From: Nitrospirota bacterium
GTDB lineage: Bacteria; Nitrospirota; Nitrospiria; Nitrospirales; Nitrospiraceae
Assembly: GCA_963701855.1 (NCBI GenBank)
Contig: CAVPBK010000006.1
Coordinates: forward strand, 640,001 to 704,000
Reading direction: 5' to 3'
Length of the DNA: 64,000 bases
This document shows positions 49,500 through 58,268 of this stretch, in pieces. A model generated the notes under the pieces. It searched no databases, was not told where the DNA came from, and worked only from the letters and a program-made list of their open reading frames with translations. Position 1 is the first letter of the stretch; every line of letters begins with the position of its first letter. A program made the translations under genes and the position numbers.

Positions 49500-49994
49500 T
49501 CAGCAGCCCTTGAACTTCCTTGACCGACACTGTTGTGCAAGTTGATTGGCTTCTGCAATCTGCGAGGGAGTCATGCGGCGTGCGACATCATCTCGATTTT
49601 CTACCGCTTGCTTCTGCTCGTCACCCGTCATGTCTGCGGCTGCAAGGTTCACCCACATATACGCCCGCACATCGTCCTGTGGTACGCCCAGTCCCGCGTA
49701 ATACATTTCCGCGAGGTTGTTCTGCGCGAGCGCGTGACCCTGAGCAGCGGCTTTCTCGTACCACTGACGCGCTTGCGAATAATCCTGCGGCACGCCTTGT
49801 CCATTGGCATACAGCATCCCGAGGTTGGTCTGCGCCTCCGCATTCCCTTGGGCTGCAAGCGATTGAAATGTTTTCAACGCAGTCGCGTAGTCACCGCGTT
49901 TATTTGCAGCCGTAGCATCTTCCAGTGGACCTGCCCACACCGTACCAGCAGTCAGCAAGAGTGCAGTACCTATAGAAGGTAAGAGTCGTGTCAT
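49500..49994 (-). CDS. Secreted Sel1-like repeat protein (2 full repeats)
   Basis: Signal peptide VWA-GPLED; SLR repeats; C-cap QQCRSRKFKGC. Confidence 0.92.
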   Translation of the reverse strand: MTRLLPSIGTALLLTAGTVWAGPLEDATAANKRGDYATALKTFQSLAAQGNAEAQTNLGMLYANGQGVPQDYSQARQWYEKAAAQGHALAQNNLAEMYYAGLGVPQDDVRAYMWVNLAAADMTGDEQKQAVENRDDVARRMTPSQIAEANQLAQQCRSRKFKGC

Positions 49995-50199
49995 TGTAAT
50001 GCCTTTGTAAGAGATCGTAGGAACTGAGGCAGTGTGCTCCGTTTGAAGGGGGCGGTCAAATGAAACTTGGAGCGGCTTCGCGGCACTTTGTGGAGGGGCA
50101 AGAGTTGGTCGCTACGGATGATTGCAAAGAGTGTTGGCGTGTTTATTGCGCGGGGTGGTGCGGGTACTGGGGTAAAGATGAGGCTTCGATGGAGCCTAC

Positions 50200-51261
50200 T
50201 CAGCATCCCGTGAGCCCCTGCGCCTGGCACTGTTGCGCGAGTCGCTGGGCTTCTGCAATCTGTGCGGGTGTCATGCGGCGTGTGAGTGCCCCATCTCGAT
50301 TGGTTGCTATGGACTTCTGCTTGTTACCCGTCGAGTGGGCGACTGCAAGTGTGTACCATATATATGCCCTCACATCGTCCTTCGGCACGCCGTCTCCAGT
50401 GGCATACATGAGCCCGAGGCTGAACTGTGCATCCGCGTCCCGCTTCGCTGCCGCTTTCTCGTACCACTTCGTCGCTTCCTCATAGTTCTGTGGCACGCCG
50501 AGCGCAAAGTGATACAGCTGCCCGAGCTTGAACTGCGCCCCAGCATAGCCCTGGGCTGCGGCTTTCTCGTACCACTGTCGCGCCTTCGCATAGTCCTGCG
50601 GCACGCTATATCCCTGGGCATATCGCAATGCGAGGCTGAACTGCGCATCCGCGTTCCCCTGAGCTGCCGCTTTCTCGTACCACTTCGTCGCTTCCGTGTA
50701 ATTCCGTGGGACGCCGTCTCCCTTTTCATACAGCGAACCGAGGTAGAACTGCGCATTCGTGTTCCCTTGCGCCGCCGCTTTCTCGTACCATCCCCGCGCA
50801 TCCGCGCTGCCCTGGGCTGCCGCTTTCTCATACCACTGTCGCGCCTTCGGGAAATCTTGCGGGACGCCCTGTCCATGGGCATACATTTCACCAAGGATGT
50901 ACGACGCATTCGCTCTTCCCTGCGCGGCGGCTTTTTCGTACCACTCTCGTGCCATTATGTAATCCTGAGGCACCCCATGTCCATTGGCATAGAGCAGACC
51001 GAGGTTAAACTGTGCTGCCGCGTGATTCTGTGCGGCGGCTTGTTCGTACCACTGCCGCGCGACCACATAATCCTGGGGCACCCCATCCCCGAGGTCATAC
51101 AGTAGCCCGAGGTTGTTCTGCGCCAATGCGTTGCCTTGGGCTGCCCGTGTGCGCAGCATTTGCAGTTCATCTGCTGAAATGTTGATCGGTGGGGAAGCTG
51201 ACGCATATCCAGAGGAGAAAAGAAATGCAGCCAAAATCGTTATGGCGGAGAGGACGCGCAT
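50200..51261 (-). CDS. Secreted Sel1-like repeat protein (7 repeats plus 1 internally deleted)
   Basis: MRVLSAITILAAFLFSSGYASA signal; SLR repeats; C-cap QQCQAQGLTGC. Confidence 0.92.
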   Translation of the reverse strand: MRVLSAITILAAFLFSSGYASASPPINISADELQMLRTRAAQGNALAQNNLGLLYDLGDGVPQDYVVARQWYEQAAAQNHAAAQFNLGLLYANGHGVPQDYIMAREWYEKAAAQGRANASYILGEMYAHGQGVPQDFPKARQWYEKAAAQGSADARGWYEKAAAQGNTNAQFYLGSLYEKGDGVPRNYTEATKWYEKAAAQGNADAQFSLALRYAQGYSVPQDYAKARQWYEKAAAQGYAGAQFKLGQLYHFALGVPQNYEEATKWYEKAAAKRDADAQFSLGLMYATGDGVPKDDVRAYIWYTLAVAHSTGNKQKSIATNRDGALTRRMTPAQIAEAQRLAQQCQAQGLTGC

Positions 51262-51415
51262 GGGAACGCAGTATGGGGGCGGAACCCAGAGACCGTCAAT
51301 GACACAATCAGGGGGCATGGGATGGTCGTTATGGGCGCTTGCGAAGAGTGTCGGCGTGTCTACTGGGAGTGCGGCGCAGGCGGTGCGGTAAAAATGAGAT
51401 TTCGGCGGACCTTTC

Positions 51416-52432
51416 TCAGCAACCTTTGAACTGCCGTGCCTCACACTGTTGCACGAGTCGCTGGGCTTCTGCTATCTCCCCTGGAGTCAGCCTGCGGGCG
51501 ACAATATCTAGATTTTCTGCTGCTAATTTCTGGTCCTCACCCATCGAGTGAGCTACTGAAAGACTCCACCACATGTATGCCCGCACATAGTTCCGCTGCA
51601 CGCCCCGCCCTAAGCCGTACAGCGTCCCGAGGTTGTTCTGCGCCTTCGCATCCCCCTGCGCGGCGGCTTTCTCAAACCACTGCCTCGCCTCGACGTAATT
51701 CTGTGGCACCCCGTGTCCATCGAGATACAGATTCCCGAGCATTCGCTGCCCCTCTGCGCCCCCCTGGGCTGCCGCTTTCTCATACCATCCTCGTGCTTTC
51801 GCATAGTCCTGCGGCACGCCATTCCCGCCAGATGAATAGATCTCCCCGAGGTTGACCTGCGCTGACGCGATGCCCTGGGCTGCCGACTTCTCGTACCACT
51901 TCGTCGCTTGGGCAAAGTCCTGTGGGACGCCGTGTCCCTGGACATATAGACCCCCGAGGTTGTGCTGTGCCATCGGATGTCCCTGGGCTGCCGCTTTTTC
52001 TAACCATAGCTTCGATTGTCCGTAATCCCGCTGAACGCCATATCCCTTGTAGTGCAGGACTGCGAGGAAGAATTGCGCCTCTGCGTCCCCCTGAGCTGCC
52101 GCTTTCTCATACCATCCTCGTGCTTTCGTATAGTCCTTCGGCACGCCTTCTCCAAAGACATAGAGCGTAGCAAGTTTGAACTGTGCCTTTGGATTGCCTC
52201 GGGCTGCTGCTTTCCCAAACCACACCCGTGCCTTGGCATAGTCCTGCGGGACACCACCTCCTTCGTAATACAGCGACCCGAGCTTGACCTGTGCCTCCGC
52301 ATTCCCTCGGACTGCCTGTGTTTGTAGTGCTCGTAAGCCTTTTGCTGAAATGTCGCTCGGCGGGGAGCCTAACGCATACCCAGAGGGGAGAACGAATGCA
52401 GCGAGGAGAATCATGACGAATACGGCACGCAT
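51416..52432 (-). CDS. Secreted Sel1-like repeat protein (7 repeats)
   Basis: Signal peptide; SLR repeats; C-cap QQCEARQFKGC. Confidence 0.92.
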   Translation of the reverse strand: MRAVFVMILLAAFVLPSGYALGSPPSDISAKGLRALQTQAVRGNAEAQVKLGSLYYEGGGVPQDYAKARVWFGKAAARGNPKAQFKLATLYVFGEGVPKDYTKARGWYEKAAAQGDAEAQFFLAVLHYKGYGVQRDYGQSKLWLEKAAAQGHPMAQHNLGGLYVQGHGVPQDFAQATKWYEKSAAQGIASAQVNLGEIYSSGGNGVPQDYAKARGWYEKAAAQGGAEGQRMLGNLYLDGHGVPQNYVEARQWFEKAAAQGDAKAQNNLGTLYGLGRGVQRNYVRAYMWWSLSVAHSMGEDQKLAAENLDIVARRLTPGEIAEAQRLVQQCEARQFKGC

Positions 52433-52805
52433 AAACCACTTTCGCCCTAGTGCCTTGGACCGTCAAGGAATAACGGATTGTTCGCATTGCTGAGTAGATA
52501 CTCAAGCAGAAAACTATGACGTTGCTGTGGGTTCGAGTCGTGTCCTTCCCCACCAGAATAGTGCCCTGTTCGCAGCAGCAAGCTGTCTAAATCATCTACT
52601 GAAGTCTGTCAGAGATAGACCTCGCGTTGGCGATTGGAGCGGCGCGTAGAGGCTCTGCGAAGGGGCTTGAGGATACTGTGCGGTGTGGCAAATGCTAAAG
52701 TATTAGTCAGGACGGGAACGGTGAGAATAATGAATGAGAGTGACACACTCGTTACACACTTACTTTTTATAAATACAAGTCATTGAAATGTAACTTACAA
52801 TATGC

Positions 52806-53612
52806 CTATGCTTTTAGTCCTAACACATCCATCATGTCATACAGGCCTGGTGGCTGCCGAACCACCCATCGAGCGGCACGCAGGGCGCCTCCCGCGAAGG
52901 TATCTCGGCTACTCGCTCGATGCGTCACTTCGATACGTTCACCCATTCCACCGAAGAGGATCGTGTGGTCGCCGACAATGTCTCCGGCACGGATCGTTTG
53001 AATCCCGATCTCACCCTTCTTTCGTTCCCCGATAAGACCTTTTCTGGCATAGACGCCGACCTGATCCAGATCGCGACTCACGGCTTTCGCCAAGACCTCC
53101 GCAATCTTGAGCGCCGTCCCGCTCGGGGCATCTTTTTTTAGGCGATGATGGGCTTCAATCACTTCAATGTCGTAGTCGTCCCCCAGCGTTTTCGCCATCT
53201 CACTAATGACCTTATAGATCAGATTGATACCCACGCTCATGTTGGGGGACAACACGCAGGGAACTTGGCAGGCCAGCGATTTCAGCTCTTCGAGCTGAGG
53301 AGTGGAAAACCCCGTCGTGCCGATTACCATGGCTCGCCGATATTGCGCCGCCGTGCGTAAATGATCCAGGGTCGCTTCAGGAGCGGAGAAGTCGACAACC
53401 ACTTCGCCTCTGTCGAGGAGCGCCGCGAAATCATCGGTGATCGAAATGCCTGCGCGGCCACAGCCCGCTGTTTCCCCGGCATCGTCACCCACGGCGTGAT
53501 GACCCTTCCCTTCAATGGCACCGGTCAACATCAGGGTGGTCGAGTCTTTGATAAGCGCAACCAGACGACAGCCCATGCGACCGGCTGCCCCTGCGACAAT
53601 GACGTTGATCAT
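52806..53612 (-). CDS. dapB: 4-hydroxy-tetrahydrodipicolinate reductase
   Basis: GAAGRMG, GTTG, EAHHRLKKDAPSGTAL, GLYDM.DVL. Confidence 0.96.
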   Translation of the reverse strand: MINVIVAGAAGRMGCRLVALIKDSTTLMLTGAIEGKGHHAVGDDAGETAGCGRAGISITDDFAALLDRGEVVVDFSAPEATLDHLRTAAQYRRAMVIGTTGFSTPQLEELKSLACQVPCVLSPNMSVGINLIYKVISEMAKTLGDDYDIEVIEAHHRLKKDAPSGTALKIAEVLAKAVSRDLDQVGVYARKGLIGERKKGEIGIQTIRAGDIVGDHTILFGGMGERIEVTHRASSRDTFAGGALRAARWVVRQPPGLYDMMDVLGLKA

Positions 53613-53645
53613 AGAATGAGTACCTGAGCTACGACCGCCTAGGTT

Positions 53646-54518
53646 CTAGACGAGGCCTGCGTCCTTTAAGGCCTTTGCAAGTTGGTTCTTTGTCTCGGTC
53701 GCCATGGCGCAGAGCGGCAGCCGTAACTCCGGATCGATTTTTCCCATCATGCCTAACGCGGTTTTTACCGGAATCGGATTGGTCTCGTAAAAGAGCGCGG
53801 TGAAAAGCGGCGACAATGCGAAGTGAATCCGGCGCGCCTCTTCAATGCGTCCACTCAAGAAGGCCTTGACCAATTGAGCCATCTCGGATGGGACGATATT
53901 TGACGTGACGCTGATGACCCCTTTTCCTCCGACTGCCATCATGGGCAATGTCAGAGCGTCATCGCCGGCAAGGACTGTCATCCGGTCACCACAAGTACTC
54001 GCAATCTCAGAAGCCTGCTGGACTGATCCGCTACCCTCTTTGATTCCGACAATGTTCTGTAATCCACAAAGCCTTGCGACAGTGGACGGCAGCATATTCA
54101 CGCCAGTCCGCCCCGGAATGTTATACAGAATCTGCGGAAGATCCACGGACTCCGCGATTGTTTTGTAATGCCGGTACAATCCCTCTTGTGTCGGCTTGTT
54201 ATAGTACGGCGTAATGAGCAGCGCTCCATCGGCCCCCGCCTGCTTGGCATGTTGCGTGAGTGACACCGCTTCTGCCGTGCTGTTGGAGCCAGCCCCGGCA
54301 ATCACAGGGATGCGCCGATTGACCACCTCGACAGTCAACTCAACCACGCGGTGGTGTTCCTGGTGCGAGAGAGTAGCGGATTCGCCGGTCGTGCCGCAGG
54401 GCACAATCCCGCTCGTCCCGCTGGCAATTTGCCACTCTATAAGGTCGCCGAAGGCCTGCTCGTCGACTTTGCCGTTCCGGAACGGAGTCACAATGGCAAT
54501 CAATGCGCCTGTAAACAT
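53646..54518 (-). CDS. dapA: 4-hydroxy-tetrahydrodipicolinate synthase
   Basis: GTTGES, PYYNKP, YNIPGRT, GIKE, NPIPVK. Confidence 0.97.
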   Translation of the reverse strand: MFTGALIAIVTPFRNGKVDEQAFGDLIEWQIASGTSGIVPCGTTGESATLSHQEHHRVVELTVEVVNRRIPVIAGAGSNSTAEAVSLTQHAKQAGADGALLITPYYNKPTQEGLYRHYKTIAESVDLPQILYNIPGRTGVNMLPSTVARLCGLQNIVGIKEGSGSVQQASEIASTCGDRMTVLAGDDALTLPMMAVGGKGVISVTSNIVPSEMAQLVKAFLSGRIEEARRIHFALSPLFTALFYETNPIPVKTALGMMGKIDPELRLPLCAMATETKNQLAKALKDAGLV

Positions 54519-54559
54519 ACTGTCTCCCTCACAGAAAACGCTTCCACTACGCTCGCTTC

Positions 54560-55822
54560 TTACTCAAGAAATGCCGGGATCGTTTCGCCCTTCACCAAGT
54601 CGTCGTATGTCTCTCTAGTCTTGATGACGTGGATCTCCCCGTCCTTGATCAGGACTTCCGGCACCCGCGGTCTTGAATTATAATTGGAAGCCATCACAAA
54701 TCCATAGGCCCCCGCACTCATCACCGCCAGCATGTCACCCGGGTTGACCTCCGGCAGTGACCGGTCCTTCGCCAGAAAATCGCCGGACTCACAGACCGGA
54801 CCCACAACATCCACCTGATGCTTGGGCCGCTGCAGCACCGCCTGTGATAAGGGACGAATCTCGTGATAGGCCCCGTAGAGGCTTGGCCTGATCAGGTCGT
54901 TCATCGCCGCATCGACGATAATAAACCGTTTGGCTTCGCCGTCCTTCCGATACAACACTTTCGTCACAAGAATGCCGGCGTTGCCTACGATGACGCGTCC
55001 CGGTTCCATGATGAGGGTGACATTCAAATCTTTCAGCAACGGCGACACGGCATCCGCCAAATCTTGTGGTAACGGCGGCGTTTCATCCGAGTAGGTAATG
55101 CCGAGGCCGCCACCGATATTCACGTACCGGATGTTGAGGCCCTGATCCTTCAAGGCTCCGACCAGCTTCACCACCTTCTTCACGGCCTCGACGAACGGCG
55201 CGACTTCCGTCAACTGCGACCCAATATGCTTATGAACCCCGACGACATCGATGTTGGCGAGCGAGGAAGCCAGCGTGAATTCTTCGAGAGCCCGATCGGC
55301 AGCGATCCCAAACTTGCTCTTCTTGAGACCTGTCGAAATGTAGGGGTGCGTTTTCGGATCGATGTCGGGATTGATGCGGAGCGCGACTCTCGCCTTGGTC
55401 CCGACGGAGGCGGCCACCTCATTAAGCGCCTGCAGCTCGGCCGAGGACTCGACGTTGAACATGAGTACGTCGGCCTTCAAGGCCTCGCGAATCTCCTCCG
55501 CGCTCTTGCCGACGCCCGCGAAGACGATCTTTGAAGGAGGAACGCCCGCCTTGAGCGCCCGAAAGAGCTCCCCGCCAGACACAATATCCACCCCGCTCCC
55601 CTCCTTGGCCATGAGGCGGAGGATCGCGATATTGGAATTTGCCTTCATAGCGAAGGCAATCACATGGGGGATACTCTTGAAGGCCCCATCATAGACCCGG
55701 TAATGACGAACGAGGGTTGCGTAGCTGTAAACATAACACGGCGTGCCGACCTCCTTCGCGATCCGGCTGACCGGCACCTGCTCGCAATAAAGTTCACCGT
55801 GTCGATACTCAAAGTTATGCAT
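54560..55822 (-). CDS. lysA: Diaminopimelate decarboxylase
   Basis: FAMKANSN, VSGGEL, HIGSQ, GGGLG, EPGR, GPVCESGD, NYNSR. Confidence 0.96.
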   Translation of the reverse strand: MHNFEYRHGELYCEQVPVSRIAKEVGTPCYVYSYATLVRHYRVYDGAFKSIPHVIAFAMKANSNIAILRLMAKEGSGVDIVSGGELFRALKAGVPPSKIVFAGVGKSAEEIREALKADVLMFNVESSAELQALNEVAASVGTKARVALRINPDIDPKTHPYISTGLKKSKFGIAADRALEEFTLASSLANIDVVGVHKHIGSQLTEVAPFVEAVKKVVKLVGALKDQGLNIRYVNIGGGLGITYSDETPPLPQDLADAVSPLLKDLNVTLIMEPGRVIVGNAGILVTKVLYRKDGEAKRFIIVDAAMNDLIRPSLYGAYHEIRPLSQAVLQRPKHQVDVVGPVCESGDFLAKDRSLPEVNPGDMLAVMSAGAYGFVMASNYNSRPRVPEVLIKDGEIHVIKTRETYDDLVKGETIPAFLE

Positions 55823-57743
55823 CCTGCAAATCTTCGTTGAGATGCTCGATGCCTGCAAGCGGGAAACCCTGCAATGAGGCCTCGAATGCATCCTTGAATT
55901 TACGATAGCGGACCTTCACATTCGGAATTGCTACCTTCATTGCGTCTGAATCCACCAACGCTTTGAGGGCGTCTGGCGTTGCCAGCTTGAGGTGTTCGAA
56001 GTTGACGATGATGTCCATGCGTGCCTGATTGGCCGCTTCCTTGATCCGCTTAATCAATTCCAAGGCATTCAGACGATCGAGGGTACCGTCAAGATCCACG
56101 AACAACGCGGCAAACTTGTCATGCCGCTTGGCCTTGATCTGGAATATCAATTGTTGTGCCGAGAGCGCGTTCGGATCTAACGCCTGCTTCAGTGCATGCA
56201 GCGCGCTAGGAATCAATTGCTCCTTGTCCAACACCGGAAGCTTCGCTTGGAGATTCTTCAACACCCCCGCGAGCGGCGACAGGGACGCTTTAGGGCAGGT
56301 TCGCTTGACCAACTTCCGAAACTCCCGATTCATCTCCAATCGCGGAATGAGCCGTTGGCTCGTGCCCGACAGCCGCTTCCAGATTGAAGAGATCGAATAG
56401 AACTCATGATTGGCCCAGTGGAAGCCGTCTTGTAGTTGCTCGATCGTCATCCGGCTCGGCTGGAACACCACGTGCTTGCCGTCGTACTTTGCCCAGTCCT
56501 TATCGAAGATACGACCGGCCTTTTCTAAGCGGTCGAACAACTGCGTTCCAGGCAGAGGTGTCAACACGTTAAAGTACGCCAATTCCACCTGGTTCTTTGT
56601 CAAGAAATCGACGGCCCGTTCAAACACGGTCACATCGTCGCTGTCGAATCCGAACACGATCCCGGGATTCACCATGATCCCGTAATCATGGAACATCTTG
56701 ATCTCCTTGGCGAACTTCAGAACCCTGTTAAATGGCTTGTTCGTTTCATCCAATGCATCTTCATCAAGCGATTCCATCCCGACGAAGACCGACACGCAGC
56801 CGCTCTCGGCCGCAAGCTTGACCATCTCCTCGTCGTCGGCGAGGAACATCGTGGATTGGCAGCCCCATTTAATCTTGAGCGGTTTCAGCGCGGCCCAGAG
56901 CTCACGACAATAGGCCCGGTTGCTGTTGTGCAAGTCATCGACAAACGCGACAATGCTGCCGTCCTCGATCCCCACCCGAATACGAAGCGCGGTGACAAAG
57001 GCGTTCCACATCGGCTCGTCGCGCAAACGCTCGACCAACTCACTGCGAATCCATCGTTGAACATTCCGAAGCTCCGTGACCACTTCCTTCACTGGCCTGC
57101 GCCGCGTGGTCTTTCCGTTAAACGGGGACACGCTACAGAACTCGCAGTCGAAATGGCATCCGCGGGTCGTGAAACTACACTGTCTCGTCATGTACGAGTC
57201 GGGGCTTAGCAGCTCGACACGAGGACTTTTGTAATTCTCCAGAGAGGGGAACGATGTCATCTTATACATGCGCTGCATCTTCCCAGCCTCATAGTCCGCA
57301 ACCAACTGCGGCCAGAGATCCTCGGCTTCTCCACAGACAATCGCGTCGGCATATCGAAGCGCCTCGTCAGGGCAGTAGGTGGGATGGACGCCCCCCATGA
57401 CGATTGTCTTGCCTCGCTTGCGAAATTCCGTTGCGATCTCGTAAGCGCGCGGAGCATAGGTGGTCATGATGGAGAGGCCGACCATGTCACAGGGATAGTC
57501 GAAGTCGATATCTTGAACCGCTTCATCAACCAGACTTACCTCCCAGTTCGCCGGCGTGTATGCGGCGATCACCGGCAAGCTCAGCTTGGGAAACCATACC
57601 GCGCGACGCTCCGAAGCAGTCAACCGATAGGGGTTATTGCGCGGGTAGGGATCGACCAGCAACAGCCGTTTGCCTGATGCGTGCTTGATCGTTGTCGCCG
57701 GCCCAATGATCTGAGTCTGCCGAACTGGCTGAATAAGCTCCAT
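55815..57743 (-). CDS. Cobalamin-binding radical SAM protein with a C-terminal STAS-like domain
   Basis: B12-binding region (GGVHPT, GEAE), TRGCHFDCEFC, G.ES, FGFD, TPLPGT; tail VDLDGTLDRLNA...IIVNFEHL. Overlaps the lysA start by 8 nt. Confidence 0.85.
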   Translation of the reverse strand: MELIQPVRQTQIIGPATTIKHASGKRLLLVDPYPRNNPYRLTASERRAVWFPKLSLPVIAAYTPANWEVSLVDEAVQDIDFDYPCDMVGLSIMTTYAPRAYEIATEFRKRGKTIVMGGVHPTYCPDEALRYADAIVCGEAEDLWPQLVADYEAGKMQRMYKMTSFPSLENYKSPRVELLSPDSYMTRQCSFTTRGCHFDCEFCSVSPFNGKTTRRRPVKEVVTELRNVQRWIRSELVERLRDEPMWNAFVTALRIRVGIEDGSIVAFVDDLHNSNRAYCRELWAALKPLKIKWGCQSTMFLADDEEMVKLAAESGCVSVFVGMESLDEDALDETNKPFNRVLKFAKEIKMFHDYGIMVNPGIVFGFDSDDVTVFERAVDFLTKNQVELAYFNVLTPLPGTQLFDRLEKAGRIFDKDWAKYDGKHVVFQPSRMTIEQLQDGFHWANHEFYSISSIWKRLSGTSQRLIPRLEMNREFRKLVKRTCPKASLSPLAGVLKNLQAKLPVLDKEQLIPSALHALKQALDPNALSAQQLIFQIKAKRHDKFAALFVDLDGTLDRLNALELIKRIKEAANQARMDIIVNFEHLKLATPDALKALVDSDAMKVAIPNVKVRYRKFKDAFEASLQGFPLAGIEHLNEDLQDA

Positions 57744-58001
57744 GAATTGACCCTCCTCACCTCAATCCAGCTGAGATTGTCAATACATTCGTTGAAATGT
57801 TCTACGGTGTGCTGGTGATCGTCTCACGCCGTCCCTTCGACCGCGCTCAGGACGTGAATTTTCGTCGGAGCGAGCTCGCGACTCCGCGTACTCGGCCTCA
57901 ATAGGGGCAAGACCCCTACGCCCTTCCGGCACAACCATTCAAACAGCTTGATAGTATAGCTTTATCAGGCCACATAGGTCCAGCAAATGACGGCCTCAAC
58001 A

Positions 58002-58268
58002 TTACCGGGTTCCCACCGGTTGCAACGAGGGGAGATCCACATCTTGCTCCTGCAACATTACGTCCGGTTGTGGTTCGGTTGATTCGTCTGCCGCGGCGGC
58101 CGCTTGCTTCTTCTTTTCGAGCGCCTCCAATTTCTTTTGCCGCTCAATGGTCGGAGTCACACCGACCATTTCAGGAGGAATCGGCGACCCCACGACCCCG
58201 CAGGCCACCAACGTACCCATCGTCACACCCGCCACGACAGACATCGCCTTCGGCCTCCGCACCGTCAT
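58002..58268 (-). CDS. Small lipoprotein
   Basis: LVACG...PIPP lipobox; ATGA overlap with argH. Confidence 0.75.
   Translation of the reverse strand: MTVRRPKAMSVVAGVTMGTLVACGVVGSPIPPEMVGVTPTIERQKKLEALEKKKQAAAAADESTEPQPDVMLQEQDVDLPSLQPVGTR

Larger units (their letters stand above)
45374..52840. mobile_element. Genomic island integrated in the 3' end of dapB
   Basis: 16-bp direct repeat ACATCCATCATGTCAT at 45374-45389 and 52825-52840. The left copy continues as an alternative dapB tail (DMMDVLSLR*). Confidence 0.8.

Noticed and set aside
46631..52327. Long + strand and alternate-frame ORFs over the SLR genes (e.g. 47124-48221, 50233-51105, 47351-48136)
   Set aside because: Shadows of stop-poor 108-bp repeats; no independent protein features.
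46530..52432. Possible CRISPR array or diversity-generating retroelement
   Set aside because: The periodicity is protein-coding. No reverse transcriptase, cas gene or obvious adenine-only template/variable pair was seen.
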